Below are positions 26,489 to 37,014 of a stretch of DNA of 40,159 nt, one piece after another (position 1 is the stretch's first letter; the number at the start of each line of letters is the position of its first letter). The notes under the pieces are model-generated. The model made no database searches and had not been told where the DNA came from. It saw only the letters and a list, made by a program, of their open reading frames with translations. The position numbers and the translations under genes were made by a program. Source of the DNA: a virus; UHGV virus genome UHGV-0014911; one strand, given 5' to 3'.

Positions 26489-27969
26489 ACACCATTCCGT
26501 CGAATACGCTGGTTCCGTTGTTTTATGCGGAAATGGATAACCAGGCGGCGAATACTGCACAGGACAGCGGGGCATCGTTGCTGATTGGTCATGCCAGTAA
26601 CGGTGCAGAGATTGTTGCCAACAGTCTGGTACTGATGCCGTCGGCAGACTATGCACGCCAGATTTGTGGTGCGGGAAGTCAGCTGGCGCGTATGGTCGAG
26701 GCTTATCGCCAGACCGACCCGTTTGGTGAGCTGTATGTGATTGCCGTTCCTGAATCCACGGGCGCGGCGGCAACGGTTACGCTGACGGTGACCGGGGAGG
26801 CAACCGAAACCGGCACGGTGAATGTGTATGTGGGACGTACCCGCGTGCAGGCTCCGGTGACCAACGGCGATAACGTCGCGACGATTGCCAGCAGTATTAA
26901 AGATGCCATCAATGCCGTTCCGACCCTGCCGTTTACTGCCTCATCTTCGGCAGGCGTGGTCACACTGACCGCGCGTCATAAGGGGCTTTGCGGGAATGAA
27001 ATTCCTGTCAGCCTCAATTACTACGGCTTTGGTGGGGGCGAAGTGCTGCCAGCGGGCGTACAGATTGCCGTGGCGACGGGGACCGCCGGAACGGGCGCTC
27101 CGGTTCTCACCGGCGCGGTGGCTGCAATGGCGGATGAGCCGTTTGATTATATCGGCCTGCCGTTCAACGACACGGCCTCCGTTAACACGCTGGTGACCGA
27201 GATGAACGATACCAGCGGTCGCTGGAGCTATGCGCGTCAGCTGTATGGTCATGTGTATACGGCAAAGATCGGCACGCTGTCAGAACTGGTGACCGCAGGT
27301 GACCAGTTTAACCAGCAGCACATTACCCTGGCGGGGTACGAAAAAGAGACCCAGACGCCTGCCGACGAGCTGGCGGCAAGCCGTACCGCCCGCGCAGCGG
27401 TGTTTATCCGCAACGATCCGGCTCGTCCCACGCAGACCGGTGAGCTGGTGGGTATGCTGCCTGCGCCGAAGGGGAAACGGTTCACGATGACCGAGCAGCA
27501 GACCCTGCTGTCTCATGGCGTGGCAACGGCGTATGTCGAAAGCGGGGTGCTGCGCATTCAGCGTGATGTCACCACGTACAGGAAAAACGCTTACGGTGTT
27601 GCGGATAACAGCTACCTCGACAGCGAGACGCTGCATACCAGCGCGTATGTGCTGCGCAAACTGAAATCCGTCATTACCAGTAAGTACGGGCGTCACAAGC
27701 TTGCCAGCGACGGTACCCGCTTTGGTCCCGGTCAGGCGATTGTCACCCCGGCGGTGATCAAAGGGGAACTGCTGGCAACCTACCGTCAGCTCGAGCGTGC
27801 GGGGATCGTGGAAAACTACGAACTGTTCAAGCAGTACCTGGTTGTGGAGCGTGATGCCAGCGATCCGAACCGCCTGAACACGCTGTTCCCGCCTGACTAT
27901 GTTAACCAGTTGCGTGTCTTTGCCGTGGTTAACCAGTTCCGTCTTCAGTATTCAGAGGAGTCTGCATAA
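26473..27969 (+). CDS. Contractile tail sheath protein (Mu gpL-like)
   Basis: 498 aa, directly upstream of the tube, chaperone and tape measure genes. Confidence 0.85.
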   Translation: MTISFNTIPSNTLVPLFYAEMDNQAANTAQDSGASLLIGHASNGAEIVANSLVLMPSADYARQICGAGSQLARMVEAYRQTDPFGELYVIAVPESTGAAATVTLTVTGEATETGTVNVYVGRTRVQAPVTNGDNVATIASSIKDAINAVPTLPFTASSSAGVVTLTARHKGLCGNEIPVSLNYYGFGGGEVLPAGVQIAVATGTAGTGAPVLTGAVAAMADEPFDYIGLPFNDTASVNTLVTEMNDTSGRWSYARQLYGHVYTAKIGTLSELVTAGDQFNQQHITLAGYEKETQTPADELAASRTARAAVFIRNDPARPTQTGELVGMLPAPKGKRFTMTEQQTLLSHGVATAYVESGVLRIQRDVTTYRKNAYGVADNSYLDSETLHTSAYVLRKLKSVITSKYGRHKLASDGTRFGPGQAIVTPAVIKGELLATYRQLERAGIVENYELFKQYLVVERDASDPNRLNTLFPPDYVNQLRVFAVVNQFRLQYSEESA

Positions 27970-28325
27970 TGGCCCGTATCGGGGGAACCTGTTATTTCAA
28001 AATTGACGGTCAGCAGCTATCGCTGACCGGCGGCATTGAGGTGCCCATGAACAGGACGGTCAATGATGACATCATCAGCCTGGACGGTTCAGTGGACCGC
28101 AAGGAAACTCACCGTGCGCCTTATGTCAAAGGGACCTTCAAGGTGCCGAAGAATTTTCCGGTGAACAAAATCACCTCGTCTGATGAGATGACTATCACTG
28201 CCGAGCTGGCGAACGGTCAGGTCTATGTACTGTCGTCTGCCTGGCTGCACGGCGAAGCGAACCATAATGCCGAAGAAGGCACGGTTGATCTTGAGTTCCA
28301 CGGTGAAGAAGGGGATTACCAGTAA
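27969..28325 (+). CDS. Tail tube protein (Mu gpM-like)
   Basis: 118 aa, RBS GAGGAG, immediately after the sheath gene. Confidence 0.8.
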   Translation: MARIGGTCYFKIDGQQLSLTGGIEVPMNRTVNDDIISLDGSVDRKETHRAPYVKGTFKVPKNFPVNKITSSDEMTITAELANGQVYVLSSAWLHGEANHNAEEGTVDLEFHGEEGDYQ

Positions 28326-28594
28326 TGAAAGAGCTTGAGTTAAAGAAACCGATTACTGCTCATGGCGAGACACTCTCCGTACTGGAGTTTGATGAGCCCA
28401 CCGGGAAGGATGTCCGCGAGCTGGGGTATCCCTACCAGATGAATCAGGATGAGTCAGTCAAACTTCTGGCGCATGTGGTGTCGAAATACATTGTGCGGCT
28501 GGCGAAAGTGCCGCAAAGCTCTGTCGACCAGATGTCTCCGGCAGACCTGAATGCAGCGGCGTGGCTTGTGGCTGGTTTTTTCCTCCAGGCCTGA
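28325..28594 (+). CDS. Tail assembly chaperone (short form)
   Basis: 89 aa, directly upstream of the tape measure gene; slippery TTTTTTC at 28576-28582 near its 3' end. Confidence 0.7.
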   Translation: MKELELKKPITAHGETLSVLEFDEPTGKDVRELGYPYQMNQDESVKLLAHVVSKYIVRLAKVPQSSVDQMSPADLNAAAWLVAGFFLQA

Positions 28595-28743
28595 CGGCTG
28601 AATACCTCACTGATCGCTTCTTTGACTGCGCCAGCTACTGGCGCATTAATCCTTTCGAATTGCTGAATATGCCGATCAGTGAAATTCCCTTACTGGTCAG
28701 TCAGGCAAACAGGATAGAGCAGGAGAAACGCACACATGGCTGA
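28325..28743 (+). CDS. Tail assembly chaperone, predicted -1 frameshift fusion product
   Basis: Slippage at T-TTT-TTC (28576-28582) into the -1 frame joins ...AAWLVAGFF to PPGLTAEYLTDRFFDCASYWRINPFELLNMPISEIPLLVSQANRIEQEKRTHG, ending at 28743 and overlapping the tape measure start. Confidence 0.6.
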
Positions 28744-30568
28744 ATTTGAGCTTAAGGCGTTGATCACCGGTGTCGACAGGCTTTCTCCCGCGCTGTCGAA
28801 AATGCAAAAGAAAATCCGGGGATTTAAACGCCAGGCGGAAGAAGCGTCACAGGGTGGGCTGGCGCTTGGTGGCGGACTGGCAGCGGGTCTGACGCTTTCC
28901 CTGAAATCTTATGCCGATCAGGAAAACGCCGCCACCGGGCTGAAAGTCGCCATGATGGATGCGAACGGCGAGGTTGGAAAGAGCTTTCAGGACATCAATA
29001 AACTGGCTATTGGCCTGGGTAACCAGCTACCCGGTACAACGGCTGATTTCCAGAACATGATGCAGATGCTGGTGCGTCAGGGGATCCCGGCAGAAAACAT
29101 TCTGGGTTGTGTGGGTAAAGCGACAGCTTATCTTGCGGTACAACTGAAAAAAACACCGGAAGCGGCTGCCGAGTTTGCCGCAAAGATGCAGGATGCTACC
29201 GGAACGGCGTCAGAAGACATGATGGGGCTGTTCGACACTATCCAGAAGGCGTTTTATCTGGGCGTTGACGATACCAACATGTTGTCCTTCTTCACTAAAA
29301 CCAGTTCTGTTCTGAAGATGGTGAACAAGGATGGTCTTCAGGCTGCACAGAGCCTTGCCCCCATCAGCGTCATGATGGATCAGATGGGGATGAACGGGGA
29401 GGCGGCAGGTAATGCCCTGCGAAAAGTTATCCAGTCAGGATTAAGTGTTAAGAAAATCAGGGACGTCAATAAAGTCATGGCCCGCCAGAAACTCGGGGTA
29501 CAGCTCGATTTTACTGACGGCAAAGGAAGTTTTGGCGGTCTTGATAACATGTTTAAGCAACTGGCAAAGTTGCGAAAACTGACTGACGTTAAGCGAACTA
29601 ATGTACTTAAGGCAATATTTGGTGATGATGCCGAAACCATTCAGGTGGTCAATGCGCTGATCGATAAAGGAAAGGATGGTTACGATCAGATCCAGCAGAA
29701 GATGAATAAACAGGCCAGCCTGAATAAACGTGTTCAGGCACAGCTTGGTACGTTGTCCAACCTGTGGGAGGCAATGACGGGGACCGCAACTAACGGCCTT
29801 GCAGCTATTGGCGGCGCATTTTCTGGTGACGCTAAAAATATCACGCAATGGCTGGGGGAGTTGGGGGAGAAATTCACGAAGTTTGCGGATCAAAATCCCC
29901 GGGTTATTCGCGGCGTCGTCGGGCTTGCTGCCGGTCTTGCGATTCTGAAACTGGGATTGATGGGCGTGGGCAGTGCCATCAGTATCGTCAGCAGGATCAT
30001 GTCGATGACGCCGATTGGCATGATTGCGACGGCGATTGCCCTGGCTGCGGGATTAATTATCACTAACTGGGATGTTGTTGGACCTTATTTCAAGAAGCTC
30101 TGGGAAACCATTGGTCCTTATTTTGAGGTTGGCTGGGAACTCCTTAAGAAAGTTTTTGCCTGGTCGCCGCTGGGGATGGTGATCAATAACTGGGGACCGG
30201 TTGTTAAGTGGTTTCAGGATATGTGGGACAAGCTGAAGCCAATTATTGAGTGGTTTACTGACAGTTCCGGTGACACGGTCGATGCCATTAACTCTGCGCA
30301 GTGGGGCGCAGGTGCCTATGATGCTTATGGGACGGGAATACCGGCGTGGGGATACACACCTTATCCGGCGGTGGATCCGGCTCAGTCAAACAACGCCTCC
30401 GGTGCCACAGGTCCGAATCCCTTCATGATTAACAAAGCTTCTGCGCCAAAAGTTGATGGTGAGATCAAGGTATCTTTTGTGAATATGCCACCAGGTATGC
30501 GGGTTATGGAAACGCGATCCAGCGGTATTGATGTCAGCCATGATGTTGGCTATACGCGGTTCAGGTAG
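28736..30568 (+). CDS. Tail tape measure protein
   Basis: 610 aa, long helical Ala/Gly/Met-rich protein with a hydrophobic segment, placed after the frameshifted chaperone. Confidence 0.9.
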   Translation: MAEFELKALITGVDRLSPALSKMQKKIRGFKRQAEEASQGGLALGGGLAAGLTLSLKSYADQENAATGLKVAMMDANGEVGKSFQDINKLAIGLGNQLPGTTADFQNMMQMLVRQGIPAENILGCVGKATAYLAVQLKKTPEAAAEFAAKMQDATGTASEDMMGLFDTIQKAFYLGVDDTNMLSFFTKTSSVLKMVNKDGLQAAQSLAPISVMMDQMGMNGEAAGNALRKVIQSGLSVKKIRDVNKVMARQKLGVQLDFTDGKGSFGGLDNMFKQLAKLRKLTDVKRTNVLKAIFGDDAETIQVVNALIDKGKDGYDQIQQKMNKQASLNKRVQAQLGTLSNLWEAMTGTATNGLAAIGGAFSGDAKNITQWLGELGEKFTKFADQNPRVIRGVVGLAAGLAILKLGLMGVGSAISIVSRIMSMTPIGMIATAIALAAGLIITNWDVVGPYFKKLWETIGPYFEVGWELLKKVFAWSPLGMVINNWGPVVKWFQDMWDKLKPIIEWFTDSSGDTVDAINSAQWGAGAYDAYGTGIPAWGYTPYPAVDPAQSNNASGATGPNPFMINKASAPKVDGEIKVSFVNMPPGMRVMETRSSGIDVSHDVGYTRFR

Positions 30569-30667
30569 TGTACAAAATGATTAATGTGTTTTTGTCTGGC
30601 ATAATTTGGGTTTTCAACTTTAAGTAGTTAATATAATCACTCCTTACAAATGATTGAAGGGATGATT

Positions 30668-31162
30668 ATGCGTATCTTTGTGTTTTTTATATCTGCACTT
30701 TTATCTTTTAACTTGGCAGCGGAAGAGTGTAAGTTCAGCTTTAATGAGTCAGAATTAATCTCTTCTATAGGTATTGCACCAGTTAAGCAAGAGATAGTAA
30801 AGGATGAAGGAATAACTAAGCGTCAATATGAATTCAGGAGAGAATTGTCTTTTGAAGAAATGCTTGGCGATGATGCTGATGAAAAATATGAGCCGCAGTT
30901 TTATATATCTGTTTATAATCCATCATGTCCACAAAAGGTTATTATTTGGTTTTTCAAAGACAATAAAAACACACAAGCTTTAAGTAATGAGGTCCTTGCT
31001 GGTAGAGCATTCAAGTATTTAACTGGTGTTAATGAAAGTATTTTTGAAAATAAAATGAAAAAGTTTTCAAAGGTACAGTCATTTGAATCCTTTGATGAAA
31101 GGACGGACTCTAAATTTATAAAGAGTGGTAATGTTTATTCCATTGATGTTCAACTCAGATAG
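30668..31162 (+). CDS. Secreted hypothetical protein encoded by an AT-rich moron inside the tail operon
   Basis: Start placed at the ATG at 30668. N-terminal signal peptide MRIFVFFISALLSFNLAAEE, AT-rich DNA, TATAAT box about 30 bp upstream, hairpin plus T run downstream (about 31184-31245). Confidence 0.6.
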   Translation: MRIFVFFISALLSFNLAAEECKFSFNESELISSIGIAPVKQEIVKDEGITKRQYEFRRELSFEEMLGDDADEKYEPQFYISVYNPSCPQKVIIWFFKDNKNTQALSNEVLAGRAFKYLTGVNESIFENKMKKFSKVQSFESFDERTDSKFIKSGNVYSIDVQLR

Positions 31163-31252
31163 TAATTGAAAATATTAGAACCCCGCTACATCTTCTGCGA
31201 TGTAAATAACTGACAAAGCAGATTTGGCGGGTTTTTTGTATCCGGAGTTTAT

Positions 31253-32581
31253 ATGACGTGGAAAGACAGGCTTCAGGATGCGTCATTTCGCGGCGTACCG
31301 TTTAAGGTTGAAGAAGAAAGTGCGGGAACCGGTCGCCGTGTGGAAACACACGAATATCCGAACCGCGACAAGCCCTATACCGAAGATCTGGGAAAAGTCA
31401 CTTTCCGCCCGTCCATCACAGCTTATGTGGTGGGAGATGACTGCTTTGACCAGCGCGATCGCCTGATTGACGCGCTGAATAAACCCGGTCCCGGCACGCT
31501 TGTCCACCCGACATATGGTGAGCTGAAAGTCTGTGTTGACGGGGAAGTTCGGGTCAGCACATCGAAGAGTGAAGGGCGTATTGTCCGCTTTGACCTGAAG
31601 TTTGTCGAAGCAGGAGAACTCTCTTACCCCACATCAGGTGCGGCGACGGCGCAGACGCTGATGTCATCCTGTTCTGCACTGGATGACTGCATCAGTGACA
31701 GCTTCAGCGGTTTCAGTATCGATGGTGTGGCGGATTTCGTGCAGAACGACGTTATCGGTAATGCCAGCATAATGCTGGGGTATGTTTCTGATGCGATGAA
31801 AGTGGTGGATTCTGCCGTATCGGATGCCGCCAGGCTGTTGCAGGGGGATATCTCGGTACTTCTGCCGCCGCCATCGTCAGGCAAAAATTTCGTTGAGCAG
31901 GTGCAGAAAATGTGGCGTACCGGGAAACGCCTTTATGGTAACGCCAGCGACCTGGTCACCATGATCAAAACGCTTTCCGGTGTCAGCCTCGGCAGCGATC
32001 TGCAACCGCGCGGCGTCTGGAAAACGGACAGTAAAACCACCGCCACGGCGACGCAGCAGCGTAACGTGGTTGCCAGCACCCTTCGTACGACCGCAATCAG
32101 CGAAGCGGCGTATGCCGTCACCCGATTGCCTGCGCCAACAACTTCCGCGGTGATGCAGAATGCCGCAGTGGGGCAGGCAACAACACCCGTGCAGAGCACT
32201 GGCTGGCCTTCCGTCACGCATCCGGCACTGAACAATGCACCGGCGGTGAAAAACACGGTTGACCTGCCGACGTGGGAAGAACTGACCGACATTCGCGACA
32301 CACTGAATACGGCAATTGATAAGGAGTTGTCCCGTACAACCAGCGATGCGCTGTTTCTGGCGCTGCGCCGGGTGAAAGCAGATCTGAATGCGGATATCAA
32401 CACGCGCCTTGAACAGTCTGCACGGATCATTCAGCGCACACCGGATGAGGTTTTACCCGCGCTGGTGCTGGCGGCGACCTGGTTTGATAACGCGGCGCGT
32501 GACGCGGACATTATCCGGCGTAATGCCATTACGCATCCCGGCTTTGTGCCGGTGATCCCTCTGAAGGTGCCAGTGCAATGA
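31253..32581 (+). CDS. DNA circularisation protein (Mu gpN-like)
   Basis: 442 aa, N-terminal motif WKDRLQDASFRGVPFKVEEES ... HEYPNRDKPYTEDLG, immediately after the tape measure/moron. Confidence 0.8.
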   Translation: MTWKDRLQDASFRGVPFKVEEESAGTGRRVETHEYPNRDKPYTEDLGKVTFRPSITAYVVGDDCFDQRDRLIDALNKPGPGTLVHPTYGELKVCVDGEVRVSTSKSEGRIVRFDLKFVEAGELSYPTSGAATAQTLMSSCSALDDCISDSFSGFSIDGVADFVQNDVIGNASIMLGYVSDAMKVVDSAVSDAARLLQGDISVLLPPPSSGKNFVEQVQKMWRTGKRLYGNASDLVTMIKTLSGVSLGSDLQPRGVWKTDSKTTATATQQRNVVASTLRTTAISEAAYAVTRLPAPTTSAVMQNAAVGQATTPVQSTGWPSVTHPALNNAPAVKNTVDLPTWEELTDIRDTLNTAIDKELSRTTSDALFLALRRVKADLNADINTRLEQSARIIQRTPDEVLPALVLAATWFDNAARDADIIRRNAITHPGFVPVIPLKVPVQ

Positions 32582-33657
32582 ACGACAATGTCACGCTACG
32601 GGTAAATGGCCGGGAGTGGAATGGCTGGACATCGGTGCGCATCGGTGCCGGTATTGAACGGCTGGCGCGGGATTTCAGTGTGGAGATCACCCGCCAGTGG
32701 CCGGGAGATGAGGGTATTACCACGCTTCAGCCGCGCATTAAAAACGGTTCAAAAGTGGAGGTGCTGATTGGTGATGAGCTGGTGATCACCGGCTGGGTGG
32801 AGGCGACGCCCGTTCGTTACGATGCCCGTTCGGTCAGCACCGGTATTGCCGGACGCAGTCTGACCGCTGACCTGATTGACTGTGCAGCCGAACCGACACA
32901 GTTTAACGGACGATCGCTGGTACAGATTGCGCAGGCGCTTGCTGCGCCTTTCGGCATTGAGGTGGTGAACAGCGGTGCGCCGTCGGGTGTTATTCCTGAC
33001 GTCCAGCCTGATCACGGTGAAACGGTGATTGAGGTAATCAACAAAATACTCGGTCAGCAGCAGGCACTGGCTTACGACGACCCGCACGGCAGGCTGGTGA
33101 TTGGCGGTATTGGCTCAACGCGGGCACATACTGCGCTGGTACTCGGGGAAAACATCCTTTCCTGCGATACGGAGAAGAGTATCCGGGAGCGGTTTTCTGT
33201 TTACCAGGTGGCGGGGCAGCGTGCCGGAAACGACGATGATTTCGGTGAGGCCACCACCACCGCGCTGCGGGCCCGCACAGAGGACGCATTTATTGCCCGT
33301 TACCGTCCGATGTATATCAGGCAGACAGGGCAGGCCACGGGGGCAGGCTGTATTGCGCGTGCTGACTTTGAAGCCCGACAACGGGCGGCGCGGACGGATG
33401 AAACCACCTATGTGGTGCAGGGCTGGCGACAGGGTAACGGTACGCTGTGGCAGCCCAACCAGCGGGTGATTGTCTTCGATCCGGTCTGTGGTTTCGACAA
33501 TACCGAACTGCTTGTTTCGGAAGTCACGTTTACTCAGGACCAGAACGGCACCCTGACGGAAGTCCGTGTCGGCCCACCTGATGCTTATCTGCCTGAACCC
33601 GAAGCCCCCGGCGCGCGGAAAAAGAAAAAAGCCAGAGTACAGGAGGACCCGTTCTGA
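32578..33657 (+). CDS. Baseplate hub / tail protein (Mu gpP-like)
   Basis: 359 aa, conserved position between the circularisation and spike genes. Confidence 0.7.
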   Translation: MNDNVTLRVNGREWNGWTSVRIGAGIERLARDFSVEITRQWPGDEGITTLQPRIKNGSKVEVLIGDELVITGWVEATPVRYDARSVSTGIAGRSLTADLIDCAAEPTQFNGRSLVQIAQALAAPFGIEVVNSGAPSGVIPDVQPDHGETVIEVINKILGQQQALAYDDPHGRLVIGGIGSTRAHTALVLGENILSCDTEKSIRERFSVYQVAGQRAGNDDDFGEATTTALRARTEDAFIARYRPMYIRQTGQATGAGCIARADFEARQRAARTDETTYVVQGWRQGNGTLWQPNQRVIVFDPVCGFDNTELLVSEVTFTQDQNGTLTEVRVGPPDAYLPEPEAPGARKKKKARVQEDPF

Positions 33658-34205
33658 TGAGGACGATTGAAGCCATGCAGCGACAACTCCTCGGCCTGAT
33701 TGGGCGGGCCGTGGTGAAAAGCATCAGTGCCGCCACGAAATGTCAGACCGTGGATGTGTCCCTGATTGCCGGTGAACCCAAAGCCGGGGTTGAACATCTT
33801 GAACCCTACGGTTTTACCGCAAGGGCAAACAGCGGTGCGGAAGCGGTGGTGTTGTTTCCGGATGGCGACCGTTCTCATGCGGTGGTTGTTACGGTGTCGG
33901 ACCGTCGCTACCGCCTGAAAGGGCTGCAAACGGGGGAGGTGGCTGTCTATGACGATCAGGGGCAGTCCGTGACGCTGACCCGGGAGGGGATCGTGGTGGA
34001 CGGTGCAGGTAAAACGATCACGTTTCGCAATGCGCCTAAGGCACGTTTTGAAATGGACCTGGAAGTGACAGGACAGGTGAAAGACCTGTGCGACTCCGGC
34101 GGCACCACCATGTCAGCGATGCGGCTTGCCTATAACGGCCATCGTCACAGAGAGAACGGTCAGGGCAGTAACACCGACAAACCTGATAAAGCGATGGAGG
34201 CATGA
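33657..34205 (+). CDS. Baseplate assembly protein V (spike; Mu gp45-like)
   Basis: 182 aa, beta-rich spike-like N-terminal domain, typical position. Confidence 0.75.
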   Translation: MRTIEAMQRQLLGLIGRAVVKSISAATKCQTVDVSLIAGEPKAGVEHLEPYGFTARANSGAEAVVLFPDGDRSHAVVVTVSDRRYRLKGLQTGEVAVYDDQGQSVTLTREGIVVDGAGKTITFRNAPKARFEMDLEVTGQVKDLCDSGGTTMSAMRLAYNGHRHRENGQGSNTDKPDKAMEA

Positions 34206-34630
34206 TGGAACTGTGGCTGACGGTGAACGGTAAACGCACCTGCGCCAGCGCACCGCTGGATCCGCTGACCCGCGCCGTTGTGATTTCCCTGTTTACCTGG
34301 CGGCGGGCGGAGCCTGATGATAATGCCGACGTCCCGATGGGATGGTGGGGGGATACCTGGCCTGCGGTACAGAATGACCGTTACGGCTCCCGACTGTGGC
34401 TGCTTCAGCGCAGCAAACTGACCAATCAGCTGGTGCAGACGGTAAGGGGGTATATCCGCGAATGCCTGCAATGGATGATTGATGACGGCGTGGTGTCCCG
34501 TATTGATTTGGATATCCGCCGTACCGGGATTAATGAACTGGGTAACAGTATCACTCTCTGGCGTCGTGACGGACCGGTAATGATTTCTTTTGATGATCTG
34601 TGGAGTGCGATAACGCATGGCGGACAGTGA
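34202..34630 (+). CDS. Baseplate protein (Mu gp46-like; gpW/gp25 family)
   Basis: 142 aa, directly before the baseplate J-like gene. Confidence 0.7.
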   Translation: MMELWLTVNGKRTCASAPLDPLTRAVVISLFTWRRAEPDDNADVPMGWWGDTWPAVQNDRYGSRLWLLQRSKLTNQLVQTVRGYIRECLQWMIDDGVVSRIDLDIRRTGINELGNSITLWRRDGPVMISFDDLWSAITHGGQ

Positions 34631-35675
34631 ATTTCAGCGCCCGACGCTGGCAGAAAATATCAGTATGCTCCGTAACGATTTATTCGCCAGGCTGGACGTC
34701 AGCGACACGCTCCGGCGCATGGATGAAGACGTGCGGGCAAAGGTGTATGCGGCGGCGCTGCATACGGTTTACGGTTACATCGATTATCTGGCAATGAACA
34801 TGCTGCCTGACCTGTGCGATGAGTCCTGGCTGGCGCGACATGCTGCGATGAAACGGTGTCCGCGCAAGGGGGCCACGGCTGCCAGCGGGTATATGCGCTG
34901 GGAAGGTGTCAGCGATGGCCTGAAGGTGACTGCCGGGAGCGTGATTCAGCGCGATGACCTGGTTCAGTACACGGCAACTGCTGATGCAACCAGCTCCGGT
35001 GGTGTCCTGCGCGTGCCGATCACCTGCTCAACTACAGGCGCGGTCGGTAACGCTGACGACGGTACGGCATTAATCCTGGTCACGCCGGTGAATGGTCTGC
35101 CGTCTTCCGGTGTGGCTGACACCCTGACAGGCGGATTTGATACTGAAGAGCTGGAAACGTGGCGCGCCCGCGTCATTGAGCGGTATTACTGGACGCCGCA
35201 GGGCGGGGCTGACGGGGACTATGTCGTCTGGGCTAAAGAAGTGCCCGGCATTACCCGCGCATGGACATACCGTCACTGGATGGGAACGGGAACTGTCGGT
35301 GTGATGATTGCCAGCAGTGACCTGATTAATCCCATTCCGGAAGAATCAACGGAAACGGCGGCAAGACAACATATCGGGCCACTGGCCCCGGTGGCAGGCT
35401 CTGATTTGTATGTGTTCAGGCCGGTGGCACATACGGTGGATTTTCATATCCGCGTGACGCCGGACACACCGGAAATACGGGCTGCCATCACCGCCGAGTT
35501 GCGTTCGTTCCTGCTGCGTGATGGTTATCCGCAGGGAGAACTGAAGGTGTCACGTATCAGTGAGGCGATTTCCGGTGCGAACGGGGAATACAGCCATCAG
35601 TTGCTTGCACCGGCGGACAATATCACCATTGCGAAAAATGAACTGGCGGTTCTGGGGACGATTTCATGGACGTGA
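34617..35675 (+). CDS. Baseplate J-like protein (Mu gp47-like)
   Basis: 352 aa, position and size typical of the J family. Confidence 0.8.
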   Translation: MADSEFQRPTLAENISMLRNDLFARLDVSDTLRRMDEDVRAKVYAAALHTVYGYIDYLAMNMLPDLCDESWLARHAAMKRCPRKGATAASGYMRWEGVSDGLKVTAGSVIQRDDLVQYTATADATSSGGVLRVPITCSTTGAVGNADDGTALILVTPVNGLPSSGVADTLTGGFDTEELETWRARVIERYYWTPQGGADGDYVVWAKEVPGITRAWTYRHWMGTGTVGVMIASSDLINPIPEESTETAARQHIGPLAPVAGSDLYVFRPVAHTVDFHIRVTPDTPEIRAAITAELRSFLLRDGYPQGELKVSRISEAISGANGEYSHQLLAPADNITIAKNELAVLGTISWT

Positions 35676-36250
35676 CAAACGATGATTACATCCGTCTGTT
35701 GTCGGCACTGCTGCCCCCTGGTCCGGCGTGGTCAGCCAGCGATCCGGCGATTGCCGGTGCAGCACCGTCATTAACCCGCGTTCATCAGCGTGCGGATGCC
35801 CTGATGCGGGAGCTGGATCCGCGCACCACCACTGAACTGATAAACCGCTGGGAGCGTCTGTGCGGCCTGCCGGATGAATGTATTCCGGCGGGAACGCAGA
35901 CCCTTCGCCAGCGTCAGCAACGGCTGGATGCGAAGGTTAATCTGGCGGGCGGCATCAATGAGGATTTTTACCTTGCACAGCTTGCTGCCCTGGGCAGACC
36001 AGACGCCACCATCACGCGATACGATAAAAGCACGTTCACCTGCTCATCGGCCTGTACTGACGCAGTGAATGCGCCGGAATGGCGGTATTACTGGCAGGTC
36101 AACATGCCAGCCGCCACCAACACCACCTGGATGACATGTGGCGATCCCTGTGATTCCGCACTGCGTATCTGGGGCGACACCGTTGTCGAGTGTGTGCTTA
36201 ACAAACTCTGCCCGTCGCATACCTACGTAATTTTTAAATATCCGGAGTAA
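35666..36250 (+). CDS. Tail protein (Mu gp48 / YmfQ-like, DUF2313-type)
   Basis: 194 aa, Cys-rich C-terminus, immediately upstream of the tail fiber gene. Confidence 0.7.
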   Translation: MDVTNDDYIRLLSALLPPGPAWSASDPAIAGAAPSLTRVHQRADALMRELDPRTTTELINRWERLCGLPDECIPAGTQTLRQRQQRLDAKVNLAGGINEDFYLAQLAALGRPDATITRYDKSTFTCSSACTDAVNAPEWRYYWQVNMPAATNTTWMTCGDPCDSALRIWGDTVVECVLNKLCPSHTYVIFKYPE

Positions 36251-36253
36251 TCC

Positions 36254-37012
36254 ATGCATCGTATAGACACGAAAACCGCGCAGAAGGATAAGTTCGGCGC
36301 GGGTAAGAACGGTTTTACCCGTGGTAACCCCCAGACCGGCACGCCAGCCACCGATCTGGATGATGACTACTTTGACATGTTGCAGGAGGAGCTTTGCAGC
36401 GTGGTGGAGGCATCCGGTGCCAGCCTGGAGAAGGGGCGGCACGACCAGTTGCTTACCGCGCTTCGTGCGCTGCTGTTAAGTCGCAAGAATCCGTTTGGCG
36501 ATATCAAATCGGATGGCACGGTGAAAACAGCTCTCGAAAACCTTGGTTTGGGAGAAACGATAAATAAAGCCTCCGGAGCTATGCAGAAATCGGCTAATGG
36601 AGCTGATATTTCTGATGTATCAGCCTTCCGAAATGCGCTCCAGTTAGGGACCGCTGCAACACGAGATGTTGGAGCAGATAATGCCTCGAAGTTACTGGAT
36701 TTAGACAGCTTCAGGTCAATGATGTCAGGTAATGGCTACATCTACATTCCATGCATTGCGACGACAGGAAACCCGGTGAAACTTATGTTGCAGTGGGGAA
36801 CGGTGGCAACACAAAAGGGAGCTGATGCTGGATATGCCTTACCATTTGCTTTTCCCTATGCAGGCTTGTTTGCGACCGGAAACCGTGGAACATCTGGCTA
36901 CAATGCCGCGATGAATGTGCGTATTGCCAGCAGAACGCATATCAGTATTCAGAACTGGTCGCCATCCGGAGAGGGCACCGAAGATTGTTGTTTTATCGCG
37001 TTGGGGTATTAA
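36254..37012 (+). CDS. Tail fiber protein
   Basis: 252 aa; conserved fiber N-terminus ([36 protein letters not shown]) with a variable C-terminal domain; RBS GGAG. Confidence 0.85.
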   Translation: MHRIDTKTAQKDKFGAGKNGFTRGNPQTGTPATDLDDDYFDMLQEELCSVVEASGASLEKGRHDQLLTALRALLLSRKNPFGDIKSDGTVKTALENLGLGETINKASGAMQKSANGADISDVSAFRNALQLGTAATRDVGADNASKLLDLDSFRSMMSGNGYIYIPCIATTGNPVKLMLQWGTVATQKGADAGYALPFAFPYAGLFATGNRGTSGYNAAMNVRIASRTHISIQNWSPSGEGTEDCCFIALGY

Positions 37013-37014
37013 GA

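Noticed and set aside
26941-27696. Minus-strand ORFs of 103-138 aa inside the tail sheath gene
   Set aside because: Antisense shadow frames within a confidently called structural gene.
29441-29893. 150-aa minus-strand ORF inside the tape measure gene
   Set aside because: Antisense to the tape measure gene with no RBS; its composition mirrors the sense-strand codons.
31877-33381. Several minus-strand and alternative-frame ORFs inside the circularisation and baseplate genes
   Set aside because: GC-rich alternative frames of well-supported genes, with no start-site signals.
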